In this document: piece after piece, positions 18,248 to 28,381 of the stretch | Layout of the letters: the number at the start of each line of letters is the position of its first letter | Numbering within the stretch: the first letter of the stretch is position 1 | Assembly: GCA_964202905.1 (NCBI GenBank) | Contig: CAXNJO010000009.1 | Span: 32,001-96,000, forward strand | DNA from: Polyangiales bacterium | GTDB lineage: Bacteria > Myxococcota_A > Polyangia > Polyangiales > JADJQN01 | Length of the DNA stretch: 64,000 bases | Reading direction: 5' to 3' | Position numbers and translations under genes: made by a program | The notes under the pieces: model-generated | Databases searched by the model: none | What the model saw: the letters and a program-made list of their open reading frames with translations, nothing else | What the model was told of the DNA's origin: nothing

Positions 18248-21200
18248 CTACGCCCCCGAACCGTCGAGGATCCCGTGCTCGCCGAGGCGCCGGTAGAACG
18301 TGCGGCGCGGCATGCCGAGCCGTTCGGCGGCCTTCACGCGGTTCCAGCCGCACGCCTCGAGCGCCTCGAGAATCCGGCGCTTCTCCGCGCTCTTGTGCGC
18401 CTCGAGCGTCTCGGGGGGCGCGGACCCGCCGGGCGAGCCCGGCGCCGACGCGGCGGTCCTCGCGGGAGCCGGCTGCGCGGCGGCCGGGGCGGGCGGCTCG
18501 AGACCGAGGTCGGACGCCTCGATGATCGCGCCGTCCGCGAGCACCCAGGCGTGCAGCAGGAGATGCTCGAGTTGGCGCACGTTGCCCGGGAGCGGGTGGG
18601 CGGCGAGGCGCTCGACCGCGGCGCGCGAGAGGCGCTTCGGCCCGTCGCCGTGGCGCTCCGCGAAACGCGCGAGGAAGTGCTCCACGAGGAGCGGGATGTC
18701 GTCCGGCCGCTCGCGCAGCGGCGGCAACGACAGCGCGACGACGCTCAAGCGGTAGAAGAGATCCTCGCGGAACTGTCCGCGCTGCACGAGCGCGGCGAGG
18801 GACTTGTTCGAGGCCGCGATGACGCGCACGTCGACCGCCTCGTCGCGCTCGCCGCCGACCGGCCGCACGCGCCCCTCCTGCAGCACGCGGAGCAGCTCGA
18901 CCTGCATCTTCGGGGGCATGTCGCCCACCTCGTCGAGGAAGAGCGTGCCGCCGCTCGCCTGCGCGAAGACACCGCGGCGCTCGCGGTCAGCGCCCGTGAA
19001 CGCGCCCCGGACGTGACCGAAGAGCTCGCTCTCGAGGAGCGCCTCGGGGACGGCGCCGCAGTTCAGCGCGACGAAGGGGCGCTGCGCGCGCGCCCCCCCG
19101 TAGTGGATCGCGCGGGCGACCAGCTCCTTCCCGGTGCCGCTCTCGCCGTGAAGCACGACGGGGACCGCGGTGTCGCGGACGCGGTCGATCACGGCGAAGA
19201 CGCGCCGCATCGCGTCGCTGCGGCCGACGATCCCGTCGCGGTCGAAGGTGCGCACGAGTTCCGTGCGCGCGCGGTCGAGCTCGCGCCGCGCGTCGTCGAG
19301 CTCGGCGGTGCGGGCGACGAGCAGGCGCTCGATCTCCGCGTTGGCCGTCGCGAGGGCGCGGTTCGCCTCCTCGAGCTCGCGTCGGCGGCGCTCGTTCTCG
19401 TCGATGAGGCGCGCGTTCTCGAGGGCGATGGCGGCCTGATCGGCGAACGCGAAGAGCAGGTCGAGGTCGGCCTCGTCGAAGCGGCCCCGCCGCAGCCGGT
19501 GCTCGAGGTAGAGCACCCCGACCGTGCGCGCGCGTCCCCGGATCGGCAGGCACGCCACGGAGCGCAGCATCAGTTTGTGCACGGACATGTACTCGCTGAG
19601 GCGGCGGTCGTCGCGGGCGTCGACCGTGACGATGGGCTCGCCGTCGATGAGCACGGCCTCGGCGATCGACTGACTGAACGCGACGTGGGCGTCGCCGGGC
19701 TGCGTGGTGTCGCGCGCCGCATGCGAGACCAGCGCGCCCGACGGGTCGACGAGCAGCACGAAGCCGCGCTCGGCGCCGGAGAGCTCCACGGCCGCGTCGT
19801 TGATGCGCTCGAGCAGACGCGTGACGTCGAGCTCGGTCGCGAGGCGCTTGGTGATCTCGAGCAGGCGCGCGGCGCGGTCCGCGAGCCCCCCCCCCGATCC
19901 ACGCGGGACGGCCGACTCCCCCGGCTCCGGCGCAGCCTCGGCACGGCTCGCGCGGCGGCGGACCTCACGGCGACGCGGGTCGTTCCAGAACGGCTCGCGA
20001 TGGTCGCGCGCGAGGCTCCCGGCGATGGCCTCGAGCGCCTCGACGGCCATCTGCTCGTGGCGCCGCGAGAGAAAATCAGCGCCGCGCTGCGCGTGGACGT
20101 GCCCCGCCGCCGCGAGCACCTGCCACTCGAGGTCGCGATCGCCGGCCGCGCGCACGTCGCGGAGGGCCTCTTCGAGGTCGCGGGCCGCGCCGTCCACGTC
20201 GCCCGCGGCGCCGCGCGCCCGCGCCAGCAAGACCCGCAGCCGCAGCCGGAAATCGCCCGTGCCCTCCTCCGCGGCGAGCGCGCGCGCCTGCGCGAGACGC
20301 GCCGCCGCGGCCGAAGCATCCGCGGGGCCGTCGCGGTCGAGCAGCACCTCCGCGCTGTCGAGCAGCGTCTCGGTGACCTCGCGCGGCTGACCGAGCGCGC
20401 GGTAGCGGGCGGTGGCGTCGTCGTAGCCGGCGAGCGCGCCATCGACGTCGCCCTCGCGCGCGGCCCGCTCGGCGAGCACGCTCGTCGCCTGCGCCGCGAT
20501 CGCGCGGAGCCCCGCCTGCCCGGCCTCGAGGAGGACGTGCGCGGCCTCGGCGCGCGCGCGCTCGTACAACCCGAGATAGACGAATACATTCGCGAGGTTG
20601 ACGCGCGCACCGAGATCGGCCGGGACGCGACCGGCGCGACGCGCGAGCCGCGCGGCGGCCTCGTAGTGCTCGGCGGCGCGCGCGGGGTCGCCGAGCGCGT
20701 AGGACACGGTGCCGAGGTTCAGCGCGAAGGTCGCCATGCTGCCGACGTCACCGAGTTCGCGCGCGATGTCGAGGCTCTGCGCGTAGAGGTCCCGCGCCTC
20801 CGCGAGTTCTCCGGCGCGCTGGTGGTCGATCGCGAGGAAGGTCAACACGTTCGCCTCGTCGCGGCGGGCGCCGGCAGCCCTCGCGACCCCGAGCGCCTCG
20901 TCGTAGCGGCCCCGCGCGCGCGCCCGGTCGCCGCGATAGCTCGCGACCATGCCCGCGGAGGTGAGCAGCTCGACGCGCACGGGGTCGGCGGTGCCGCCCG
21001 GTATCGCGGCGAGGGCCCCGAGGCCGTCCTCGGCTGCGGCGAGCGCCGCGTCGTAGTCGCCACGGCGGAGATGCACCTTCGCGAGCTCGCGATCGGCGAG
21101 GGCCCGCGCGCGTGCGGGCAGCTCCTCGGGCAGGGTCGCGAGCACCGCCACGGCCTCGTCGTAGCGGCCCGCCGCGGTGAGGGCGCGGCCCTCGGCCACG

Positions 21201-23376
21201 CGCGCGGCCGCGTACTCCGACGGGCTCGCGCCCGGCTCGGCGCACACGGCGCGTGCGGCCGCGCAGGCGGCATCGTACTCGCCGGTCGCGTAACGCAGGC
21301 GCGAGAGTTCGAGTCGCGTCGCGCGGCCCCCCGCCGCGTCGGTATGGGGCAGCGCGGCCTCGAGGAGCCCCGCGGCGACCCGCGTCGCCCCCTGGGCCTC
21401 GAGTTCGCGCGCGGCGGACGGCGCATGCAGTCGGACCGCGACGGGGTCTCCGGCCGCGAGCGCGAGCCGCGCACGCAGCAGCACGACGGCGGGGCCCGAC
21501 TCGAGCGGCGCCGCGAGCAGCCGCGCCGCGAGCGACCGCGTGCCCTCGGCGCCGAGCTCGTCGCGGACCGCGGCGGCGAGCGGCGCGTCGGCGAGCGCGA
21601 GGTCTCGCCGGAGCGCACGACGAGCCCCAGCGACTCGAGCCCCCACAGCCCCGTCGCCGCCACGCTGTCCGCGCCCCAGCAGCGCGCGCCCGAGCGCGCC
21701 CGCCACGCCCTCGGCGGTGCGCCCGCGAGCGCGAGCACTCGAAGCAGCGGCAGCGCGCCCGCCGGCGCCGAGGCGAGCCGCACCTGCGCGAGGCGCGCGC
21801 CCGCCTCACCAGGCGGCAACGCGTGCACGTCGTCGGCGGTCGGCGCCGGCAACGTCGAGAGCGCCGCGAGCGCCTCCACGACGGCCCCGGCGACGCCGCC
21901 CGTGCGCGCAGCCACCGCGACGGCGACGGCCGCATCGACCGGGCCGAGCGCCTCCGCGGTGAGCGCCGCGACGTCGGCGTCGGAGAGCGGGTCGAGCGCC
22001 ACCCGCTCGTGCCCCCCGAGCGCCGCGACGGATGGGGCGCGGGCGTCGGCCGCGCTCGCCACGATCAGCGTCCCCTCGACGCCCTCGGCGTGGAGCGCGC
22101 CCCGCAGCGCGGCGCCAAAGCCTGGCTCGGCAGCGTCCAGGTCATCCACGAGCAGGACGGCGCGCCCACGTCGTCCGACGGCCGCGAGCAGACGCACGAG
22201 CGCGTCCGTGAGCGCCGAGTCGCTGCCGCCCTCCCCCCGCGCGAGCGCCTCGAGCGCGCGCTCCCCGACGTGCCGCGCGAGGTCGTCCTCGCTCGCGAGC
22301 ACCACGGCTTGCCGGACGAGCTGCGCGAGCGGCGCGAGCCCGTCGCCGCCCCGGGCAGCCGCCTCGAGCACCCGCGTGCCCCGCACCTGCAAGCGCCACT
22401 TCAGCTCGCGCAGCAGGGTCGTCCGCCCGGCGCCCCGCACGCCCTCGACCAGCGCGACGGGCGACGCGAGCGCCGGACGCTCGACGACCCAGCGGTCGAG
22501 CTGCGCGAGCGCCGCGCCGTGCCCGCGGGGCCGAGGCGCGACGAAGCCCGGAGGGGCCGCGACGCGCGCCGCGGTCGGGAGCAGCGCGGCGAGCGCGACG
22601 GCGAACTCATCGACCGACGCGACGCGCAGGGACGGGTCGGCCGCGAGCGCGCGCAGCGCGACCGCGAGCGCACGCGCCTCGAGCGGCGGCACACCGGTCG
22701 GCACGACGGGCAGCGCCCCCGCGAGGCGCGCGGCGAGGCCCTGGACGGCACCGTCCACATGCGGTGGCGCGCCGCGCAGGACGGCCCAGAGCGTCGCGCC
22801 GAGCGCGTACACGTCGCCACGGACCGACGCGGCCCCGCCCACGAGCAGCTCGGGCGCCATGAACCCCGGCGTCCCACCCGAAGGCTCGGCGACCCCGCGC
22901 TCGCGGCCGCTGCGCGCCAGCCCGAAGTCGATGACGTGCGGGTCACCGGCGCGATCGACGATGACGTTCCCGGGCTTCAGGTCCCCGTGCACGATGCCCT
23001 GCCGGTGGAGCGGCGCGACGACCGCGGCGACGCGCGCCATGAGCGCGACGCGCTCTTCGACCGGGAGCCGGGCCGCGACGCGATCGAGCGGGTCCCCGTC
23101 GATGTAACTCCGCGTGAAGAATGGGCCGCCGGGGTCGTCGCCGTCCCGCTCGGCGAGGCCGAAGTCGAGGACGCGCGCGACGCCCGGCAGCGCGATCTGC
23201 GCGAGCACCACGAACTCGCGCTCGAACGAGGCGCGGAGCAATTCGTCGGCGCGCGCGGCGAGGCGCTTCAGCGCGACCGGCGGACCGCCGCGGACACGGT
23301 CCTCGACGAGGTAGACGCCGCCCGCCGCCCCTGCGCCGAGCGTCCGCAGCACGTGGTAGCGGCTCGAGGTGCGCAC
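18248..23376 (-). CDS. Ser/Thr kinase - STAND-like ATPase - TPR - GAF - sigma54 AAA+ - Fis HTH activator; frameshifted at ~21600-21720
   Basis: Kinase motifs GAGAAGGV, VALK, HGDLKPGN, DFG, APE; degenerate P-loop GVRGAGRT and LLVDD; TPRs; GAF (SGAERGFVLL...SVACLPI); GESGTGKE, GAFTGA, FLDEVGD, FREDLFYRL; C-terminal HTH. Two overlapping ORFs join by indels. Confidence 0.85.
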
Positions 23377-23394
23377 GGGGCGACTCTACGAACT

Positions 23395-23423
23395 GGCACA
23401 GCCTCGCACAAGACGGCACAGCC
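23395..23423. promoter_or_regulatory. Three GCACA repeats at 10-bp period over the activator's own promoter
   Basis: GGCACAGCCT-CGCACAAGAC-GGCACAGCC, just upstream of a TAGAGT -10 box that lies 6 nt before the GTG start at 23376. Confidence 0.45.
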
Positions 23424-23450
23424 GGGGCCGCACCGTTCCAAAAAAGCGGG

Positions 23451-24659
23451 TCAACTGCGCTGGATTTGGAAGCCGCCCGCCGCGATCGCGCGCTCGATCT
23501 CGTCCACATGGTCGAACCCGCGTGTCTCGAGCGTCAGCTCGACGGCGACGTGCCCGAGTTCGTAGCGCGCCGCCGTCCGCTCGTGGAGAATCTGCAGGAC
23601 GTTCGACGCCTGCGCGCCGAGGATCCCGAGCAGGCCGCTGAGCGCGCCGGGCAGGTCGGGCACGAGCACGCGCAGTCGCATCAGGCGCCCGCTCTTGACG
23701 AGGCCGCGGTCGATGATGCGCGAGATGACGTTGACGTCGATGTTGCCACCGCAAACGACGGCAGCGACCTTCTTGCCGAGCAGCTGCGGCAGGCGCTGGT
23801 GCACGAGCGCCGCGAGCGGGGCCGCGCCCGCGCCCTCGGCGACCGTCTTCTCACGCTCGAGCAGCAGCAGGATCGCCTCGGCGATCTCCTCCTCGTCCAC
23901 GAGCACGACGTCGTCGAGGTAGCGCTGACACACCGCGAAGGTGCGTGCGCCGACGGTCTTCACCGCGACCCCGTCCGCGATGGTCTTCGCGGCCGGCACG
24001 GTGACGGGCGCGCCCGCCTCGAGCGCGAGCTTCATCGAGGGCATCGCCTTCGGCTCGACGCCGTAGACCTTGATACGCGGGTTCGTCTCCTTGATCGCCG
24101 TCGCGACACCCGCGGCGAGGCCGCCACCACCCACCGCGACGACGACCGCGTCGAGGTAGGGGTTCTGCTCGACGAGCTCGAGGCCGATGGTGCCCTGCCC
24201 GGCCATCACGTCGTCGTCGTCGAAGGGGTGGATGAACGTCAGCCCCTCCGCCGCCTCGATGCGGCGCGCCTCCGCGTAGGCCTCGTCGTAATTCGCCCCG
24301 TGCAGCACCACCTCGGCGCCGAAGCCGCGTGTCGCGCTCACCTTCACGAGCGGCGTCGCGTTCGGCATCACGATGACCGAGCGCACCCCGAGGCGTCGCG
24401 CGTGGTAGGCGACGCCCTGCGCGTGGTTGCCCGCGCTCGCCGCGATGACGCCGCGCGCCCGGTCTTCCTCGGGGAGCGCGAGCAGCTTGTTCGCGGCGCC
24501 CCGCTCCTTGAAGGAGCCGCTCATCTGCAGGTTCTCGAGCTTCAGGTACAGGCGCATCCCCGTGAGGTCGGAGAGCGTCTTCGTGTAGGCGCACGGCGTT
24601 TGGTAGACGGCGTCGCCGATGCGCTTCCGCGCGGCCTCGATGTCAGCGAAACTCAGCAT
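23451..24659 (-). CDS. ilvA: Threonine ammonia-lyase with C-terminal ACT domain
   Basis: ENLQMSGSFKERGA (PLP lysine), SAGNHAQG, GQGTIGLE, VGGGGL, CGGNID; ACT domain PDLPGAL. Alternative start at 24668. Confidence 0.93.
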   Translation of the reverse strand: MLSFADIEAARKRIGDAVYQTPCAYTKTLSDLTGMRLYLKLENLQMSGSFKERGAANKLLALPEEDRARGVIAASAGNHAQGVAYHARRLGVRSVIVMPNATPLVKVSATRGFGAEVVLHGANYDEAYAEARRIEAAEGLTFIHPFDDDDVMAGQGTIGLELVEQNPYLDAVVVAVGGGGLAAGVATAIKETNPRIKVYGVEPKAMPSMKLALEAGAPVTVPAAKTIADGVAVKTVGARTFAVCQRYLDDVVLVDEEEIAEAILLLLEREKTVAEGAGAAPLAALVHQRLPQLLGKKVAAVVCGGNIDVNVISRIIDRGLVKSGRLMRLRVLVPDLPGALSGLLGILGAQASNVLQILHERTAARYELGHVAVELTLETRGFDHVDEIERAIAAGGFQIQRS

Positions 24660-24698
24660 CTGATTCATCTCCCCGGCGGGTCGCGGACGCGCGGGACG

Positions 24699-26183
24699 TC
24701 AGCGCTCGCCCGGCTCGTCGTCGTCCTCGAGGCGGCGCCGGAGGTCGCGCATGTAGTCCCCGGCCCCCGGCGCGATGCTCGGCGCGCGCTTCGGCGACGC
24801 GAGCAGCACGACGGGGTCGCGGCCCGCGTCGCCGTCGTCGAGTTCGAACAATTCGGGGGGCAGCGACGAGCGCCGCGCGAACGGCGCCGCGCCCGGCCCG
24901 TGCGGACGCGGAGCCGCGCGCGCGTCGTCGAAGCGCGCCGCGACGAGCGGCTCGGGCGGGAGACTGTCGAGCAGCGACTCCACGTCGTGGTCGGAGTCGG
25001 TCAGCGCGAGCAGCTCGACGGGTAGGCGCGCCGCCCCCGCGAACGACAACGCGGGAGGCGCGCGGAGCGTGAGCGGGTCGGCGTCGTCGACGCCGGGCGC
25101 GGGCGGCAGCTCGCTCAGCAGCCGCAGATCGTCGAAGAGCGTGTCGTCGTCGAGCTCGAGCGCGACCGGCCTCCCGCTCATCGTCGGCTGGGCCGCGGGC
25201 TCGCGCCAGTTGCCGAGCGCGGGCGGCGAACTCCCGACGTCCACGATGCCCGCGCTCTCCTCGTTCAGGCGCTCGTACGGGAAGACCTGCAACACGTGCC
25301 GCGCGACCGTACGCGGCCCCACGAGGAGGCCGTTGCGCGTGGCGAACTCCTCGAGCGCGAGCGCGAGGTGCGAGGCGCTCGGCGTGCGCTGACCGCGGTC
25401 GCGCTGCAGTGCCTGGAGCACGATGCGCTCGAGGTCGGGCGGGTAGTCCACGACGCGCGTGGAGGGAGGCGCCGCGTCCTGCTCGACGACCTGCGTCATC
25501 ACGTGGACGTCGGTGCCGCGGAAGAGCCGCGCGCCCGTCGTGAGTTCGTAGAGGATGACGCCGAGCGCGAAGACGTCGGCGCGCTTGTCGAGGGGGCGGG
25601 CCCGCACCTGCTCGGGGGCCATGTACGCGAACGTCCCCTTGACGACGCCGGCGTCCGTGTCGCGCCTCGCGGACGTGCGCGCGATGCCGAAGTCGAGCAG
25701 CTTCACGACGCCGTCGCGCGTGACCATGAGGTTCTGCGGGGTGACGTCGCGGTGGACGATGCGCAGCGGGCGCCCGGCCTTGTCGCGGCGCTCGTGCGCG
25801 TGGTGAAGGGCCTCGCAGGCCTGCATCACGATGCCGATCGCGACGGCGAGCGGCATCGGCTGGTGGCTGCGCGCACCGACCACGAGGAGGTCCGAGAGGT
25901 CGTGCCCGTCGACCCACTCGAGCGTGATGAACCAGTGCCCCCCCTCGGCGCCCAGCTCGAAGACCTGCGGGATGTTCGGGTGGCAGAGCTCCGCGAGGAG
26001 CCGCGCCTCGTCCTGGAACATCCGCAATTGCCGGTCGTCGTCCGCCAGATTGCGGAAGATCCGCTTGATGACCACGTCGCGGAAGAAGCCGCCCTCGCCG
26101 CGCTGCCGCGCGAGGAAGATCTCCGCCATGCCGCCCGCGGCCAACTTGCGGAGGAGCTCGTATCTGCCGAAGAGCTGGGTCAT
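24699..26183 (-). CDS. Soluble Hanks-type Ser/Thr protein kinase
   Basis: LAAGGMAEIF, VVIKRI, HRDVTPQN, DFGIA and YMAPE all intact; low-complexity acidic C-terminal tail; no TM helix. Confidence 0.92.
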   Translation of the reverse strand: MTQLFGRYELLRKLAAGGMAEIFLARQRGEGGFFRDVVIKRIFRNLADDDRQLRMFQDEARLLAELCHPNIPQVFELGAEGGHWFITLEWVDGHDLSDLLVVGARSHQPMPLAVAIGIVMQACEALHHAHERRDKAGRPLRIVHRDVTPQNLMVTRDGVVKLLDFGIARTSARRDTDAGVVKGTFAYMAPEQVRARPLDKRADVFALGVILYELTTGARLFRGTDVHVMTQVVEQDAAPPSTRVVDYPPDLERIVLQALQRDRGQRTPSASHLALALEEFATRNGLLVGPRTVARHVLQVFPYERLNEESAGIVDVGSSPPALGNWREPAAQPTMSGRPVALELDDDTLFDDLRLLSELPPAPGVDDADPLTLRAPPALSFAGAARLPVELLALTDSDHDVESLLDSLPPEPLVAARFDDARAAPRPHGPGAAPFARRSSLPPELFELDDGDAGRDPVVLLASPKRAPSIAPGAGDYMRDLRRRLEDDDEPGER

Positions 26184-26359
26184 CGTGGGGGGCGAGCGGA
26201 GGGAGCTCCGCGCGGCGCCGGAGCATAGCGCGGCCGCGACGCGTGGATAGCGCAGACTTCGCGGCGCGCGGGCGCCCGCCGCACCACGGCGTCCGGCGAC
26301 GCCCCGTCGCGGGGGGCGTGCGGCGTGCATCCGAGCGCGCCGTCTCCCGCCTCGCACCC

Positions 26360-26389
26360 TTGAATCGGAGCACCCCGAGCCGTTAGCCT
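26360..26389 (+). promoter_or_regulatory. Putative sigma70 promoter with very short or no leader
   Basis: TTGAAT-N18-TAGCCT ending 9 nt before the ATG at 26399; no SD. Confidence 0.5.
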
Positions 26390-26398
26390 CCGCCCACC

Positions 26399-28381
26399 AT
26401 GACCCTGCCCTCCCCCGACGCTGCGACCCGCGCGCCCGTCACCGCGGGTGCCGTCGTCGGCGGCCGCTTCCGCGTCGAGCACACCGTGAGCGAAGACGCG
26501 CTCGGCGCCGTGCTCGCCGCGACCGACCAGAAGACCGGGAAGATGATCGCGTTGCGCATGCTGCCGCGCGAGTCGCTCGCAGACACGGCGGCCGCGGACT
26601 TCCTCCGCGCCGAGGTCCGCGCGGCCGCGGCGCTGCCACACAAGAACCTCGTCGCGGCCTTTGGGGCCGGGCAGGATCCGCACACGGGCTGGTACGTCGC
26701 CGGCGAGTGGGTCGACGGCGAGTTGCTCTCGCACACCGTCGCGCGGCGCCGCGCGAGCGGGCTCGGCGGCATGTCGCTGCGCGGTGCGATCGAGGTGGTG
26801 CAGCAGATCTGCGCCGCGCTCACGGCCGCGCACACGAAGACGGTCCACGGCGGTGTTCGGCCGAGCGTGGTCTGGGTCGGACGCAGCGGCCGCGCGAAGC
26901 TCGGCGACCTCGGCGTGACGCGCGCCCTGCTGCGCAGCGCGGGCGCGCAGGCGTTCGGCGACTCGGAGCAGGCGTGGCTCGCGCCCGAGGTCAAGGCCGG
27001 CGCGGAGCCGGACGCGCGCAGCGACGTCTTCGGACTCGGAGCGCTGCTCTACGCGATGCTCACGGGCCGCTCGCCGACGGAAGACTTCGTGCCCCCATCG
27101 CAAGCGCACCCGCACGCCGGGGCCGCGCTCGACGAGGTCCTGCTCGCCTGCCTCGCGCCGAGCCCCGCGGGCCGCATCGCGACCACGGAGGACGTGCGCG
27201 CACGACTCGACCCCTTCCTCCTCGACGCGCCCCCCGCGGCGGACGACGACTTCGGAGCCGTCGGCGCGCACAGCGAGCTCGCGATCGACGTCGGCCTCGC
27301 GACCGTGCGCCCGAGCCGCACCGACACCCTCGCCCCACCGGTGCCCGCGATCCCCGGCGCGGCGCGCCTCCCCGACGCGCGCCCGAAGGTCGGGCAGCGC
27401 GTCGCCGCGGGCGAGCAGTTCCGCACCTCGCTCCCCGGCGGCCCCGCGCCGCGAGCGCCCGCGCAGGAACCCGCCCAGGGCCGCGTGTCCTCCGGCGTGG
27501 ACCTCGGCACCTTGCTCGCGCGGATCACGGAGAACGACGCCCCGCGCTGGATGGTCGTCAAGGACAACCTCGATCACGGGCCCTTCTCGGGGCGCGAGCT
27601 GGTGCAGGCGATCCTCAAGGGCGAGGTCCTCGCCGAGCACGGGCTCCTCAACATGGACACGGGCGAGCGCAAGAAGGTGCGCGAGTTCGTCGAGTTCACC
27701 GAGTTCCTCGAGCAGCACCGGTTGCGCAAGACCGAGGCCGATCAGAAGGCCGCGCTCGAGCGCTCGGAGACCGTTCAGAAGGCGGGCAACGCGGCCAAAC
27801 TCCTCGTGGCCCTCGTCGTCCTCGGCGTCGTCGGCCTCGGCGTCGGGATCTTCATCGTCACGCGTCCCGACAAGGCGAACGAGCGCGTCGCCGATGCAAA
27901 CCTCGCCGATCTCTACGAGCGCGGCGAGATCAACATCACCGGCACCGCCGGCATCCTCCCTCCCCCGCCACGCGGCGCGGGACGACGGAGCGGCGGCTCG
28001 GGCCGATCGGGCGGCGGTGGTGGCGGCGGTGGCGGCATGACGTACGAGGAGGCCATGAATCAGGCCGTCAACCTCGGCGATGTCAGCGGCGGCGGCGGCG
28101 GCGGCGAGCGCCAACTCACCCCGAACGACGTCGCGGGCGTGATGAACCGCAACCTCAACGGGCTGTTCTCGTGTGTGAGCGCCGAGCTCCGCAGCGGCGG
28201 CGCGCTCTCGACGGTGCAGATCGACCTCGCCATCGCGGGCAGCGGACAGGTGCTCGGCGCCTCGTCGCGTCAGGGCAGCGGGACCTTTAAGACCTGCATC
28301 GGCAGCCGCGCCCGCGGCATCCGCTTCCCGACCTTCCCCGCGCCGCGCATGGGTGCGCGCTACTCCTTCTCGGTGGACTGA
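26399..28381 (+). CDS. Pseudokinase - GYF_2-like - TM - AgmX/PglI(TonB_C-like) C-terminal domain protein
   Basis: Kinase fold with dead motifs (SEDALG Gly-loop, IALR, HGGVRPSV, DLG; APE and SDVFGLG retained); WMVVKDNLDHGPFS GYF-like motif; TM helix; Gly linker; C-terminal domain with two Cys (FSCV...FKTCI...IRFPTF). Confidence 0.75.
   Translation: MTLPSPDAATRAPVTAGAVVGGRFRVEHTVSEDALGAVLAATDQKTGKMIALRMLPRESLADTAAADFLRAEVRAAAALPHKNLVAAFGAGQDPHTGWYVAGEWVDGELLSHTVARRRASGLGGMSLRGAIEVVQQICAALTAAHTKTVHGGVRPSVVWVGRSGRAKLGDLGVTRALLRSAGAQAFGDSEQAWLAPEVKAGAEPDARSDVFGLGALLYAMLTGRSPTEDFVPPSQAHPHAGAALDEVLLACLAPSPAGRIATTEDVRARLDPFLLDAPPAADDDFGAVGAHSELAIDVGLATVRPSRTDTLAPPVPAIPGAARLPDARPKVGQRVAAGEQFRTSLPGGPAPRAPAQEPAQGRVSSGVDLGTLLARITENDAPRWMVVKDNLDHGPFSGRELVQAILKGEVLAEHGLLNMDTGERKKVREFVEFTEFLEQHRLRKTEADQKAALERSETVQKAGNAAKLLVALVVLGVVGLGVGIFIVTRPDKANERVADANLADLYERGEINITGTAGILPPPPRGAGRRSGGSGRSGGGGGGGGGMTYEEAMNQAVNLGDVSGGGGGGERQLTPNDVAGVMNRNLNGLFSCVSAELRSGGALSTVQIDLAIAGSGQVLGASSRQGSGTFKTCIGSRARGIRFPTFPAPRMGARYSFSVD

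Noticed and set aside
17726..23107. 1793-aa plus-strand ORF and other very long ORFs (47632-50838, 58801-61944, 38016-40541)
   Set aside because: Antisense or off-frame shadows of real genes, caused by stop-codon scarcity in very GC-rich DNA; Arg/Ala-biased with no motifs.
23394..23410. TGGCAC...GC as a plus-strand sigma54 promoter
   Set aside because: Spacing is GG-N9-GC rather than N10 and it points at no gene; better explained as part of the 10-bp GGCACA repeat.
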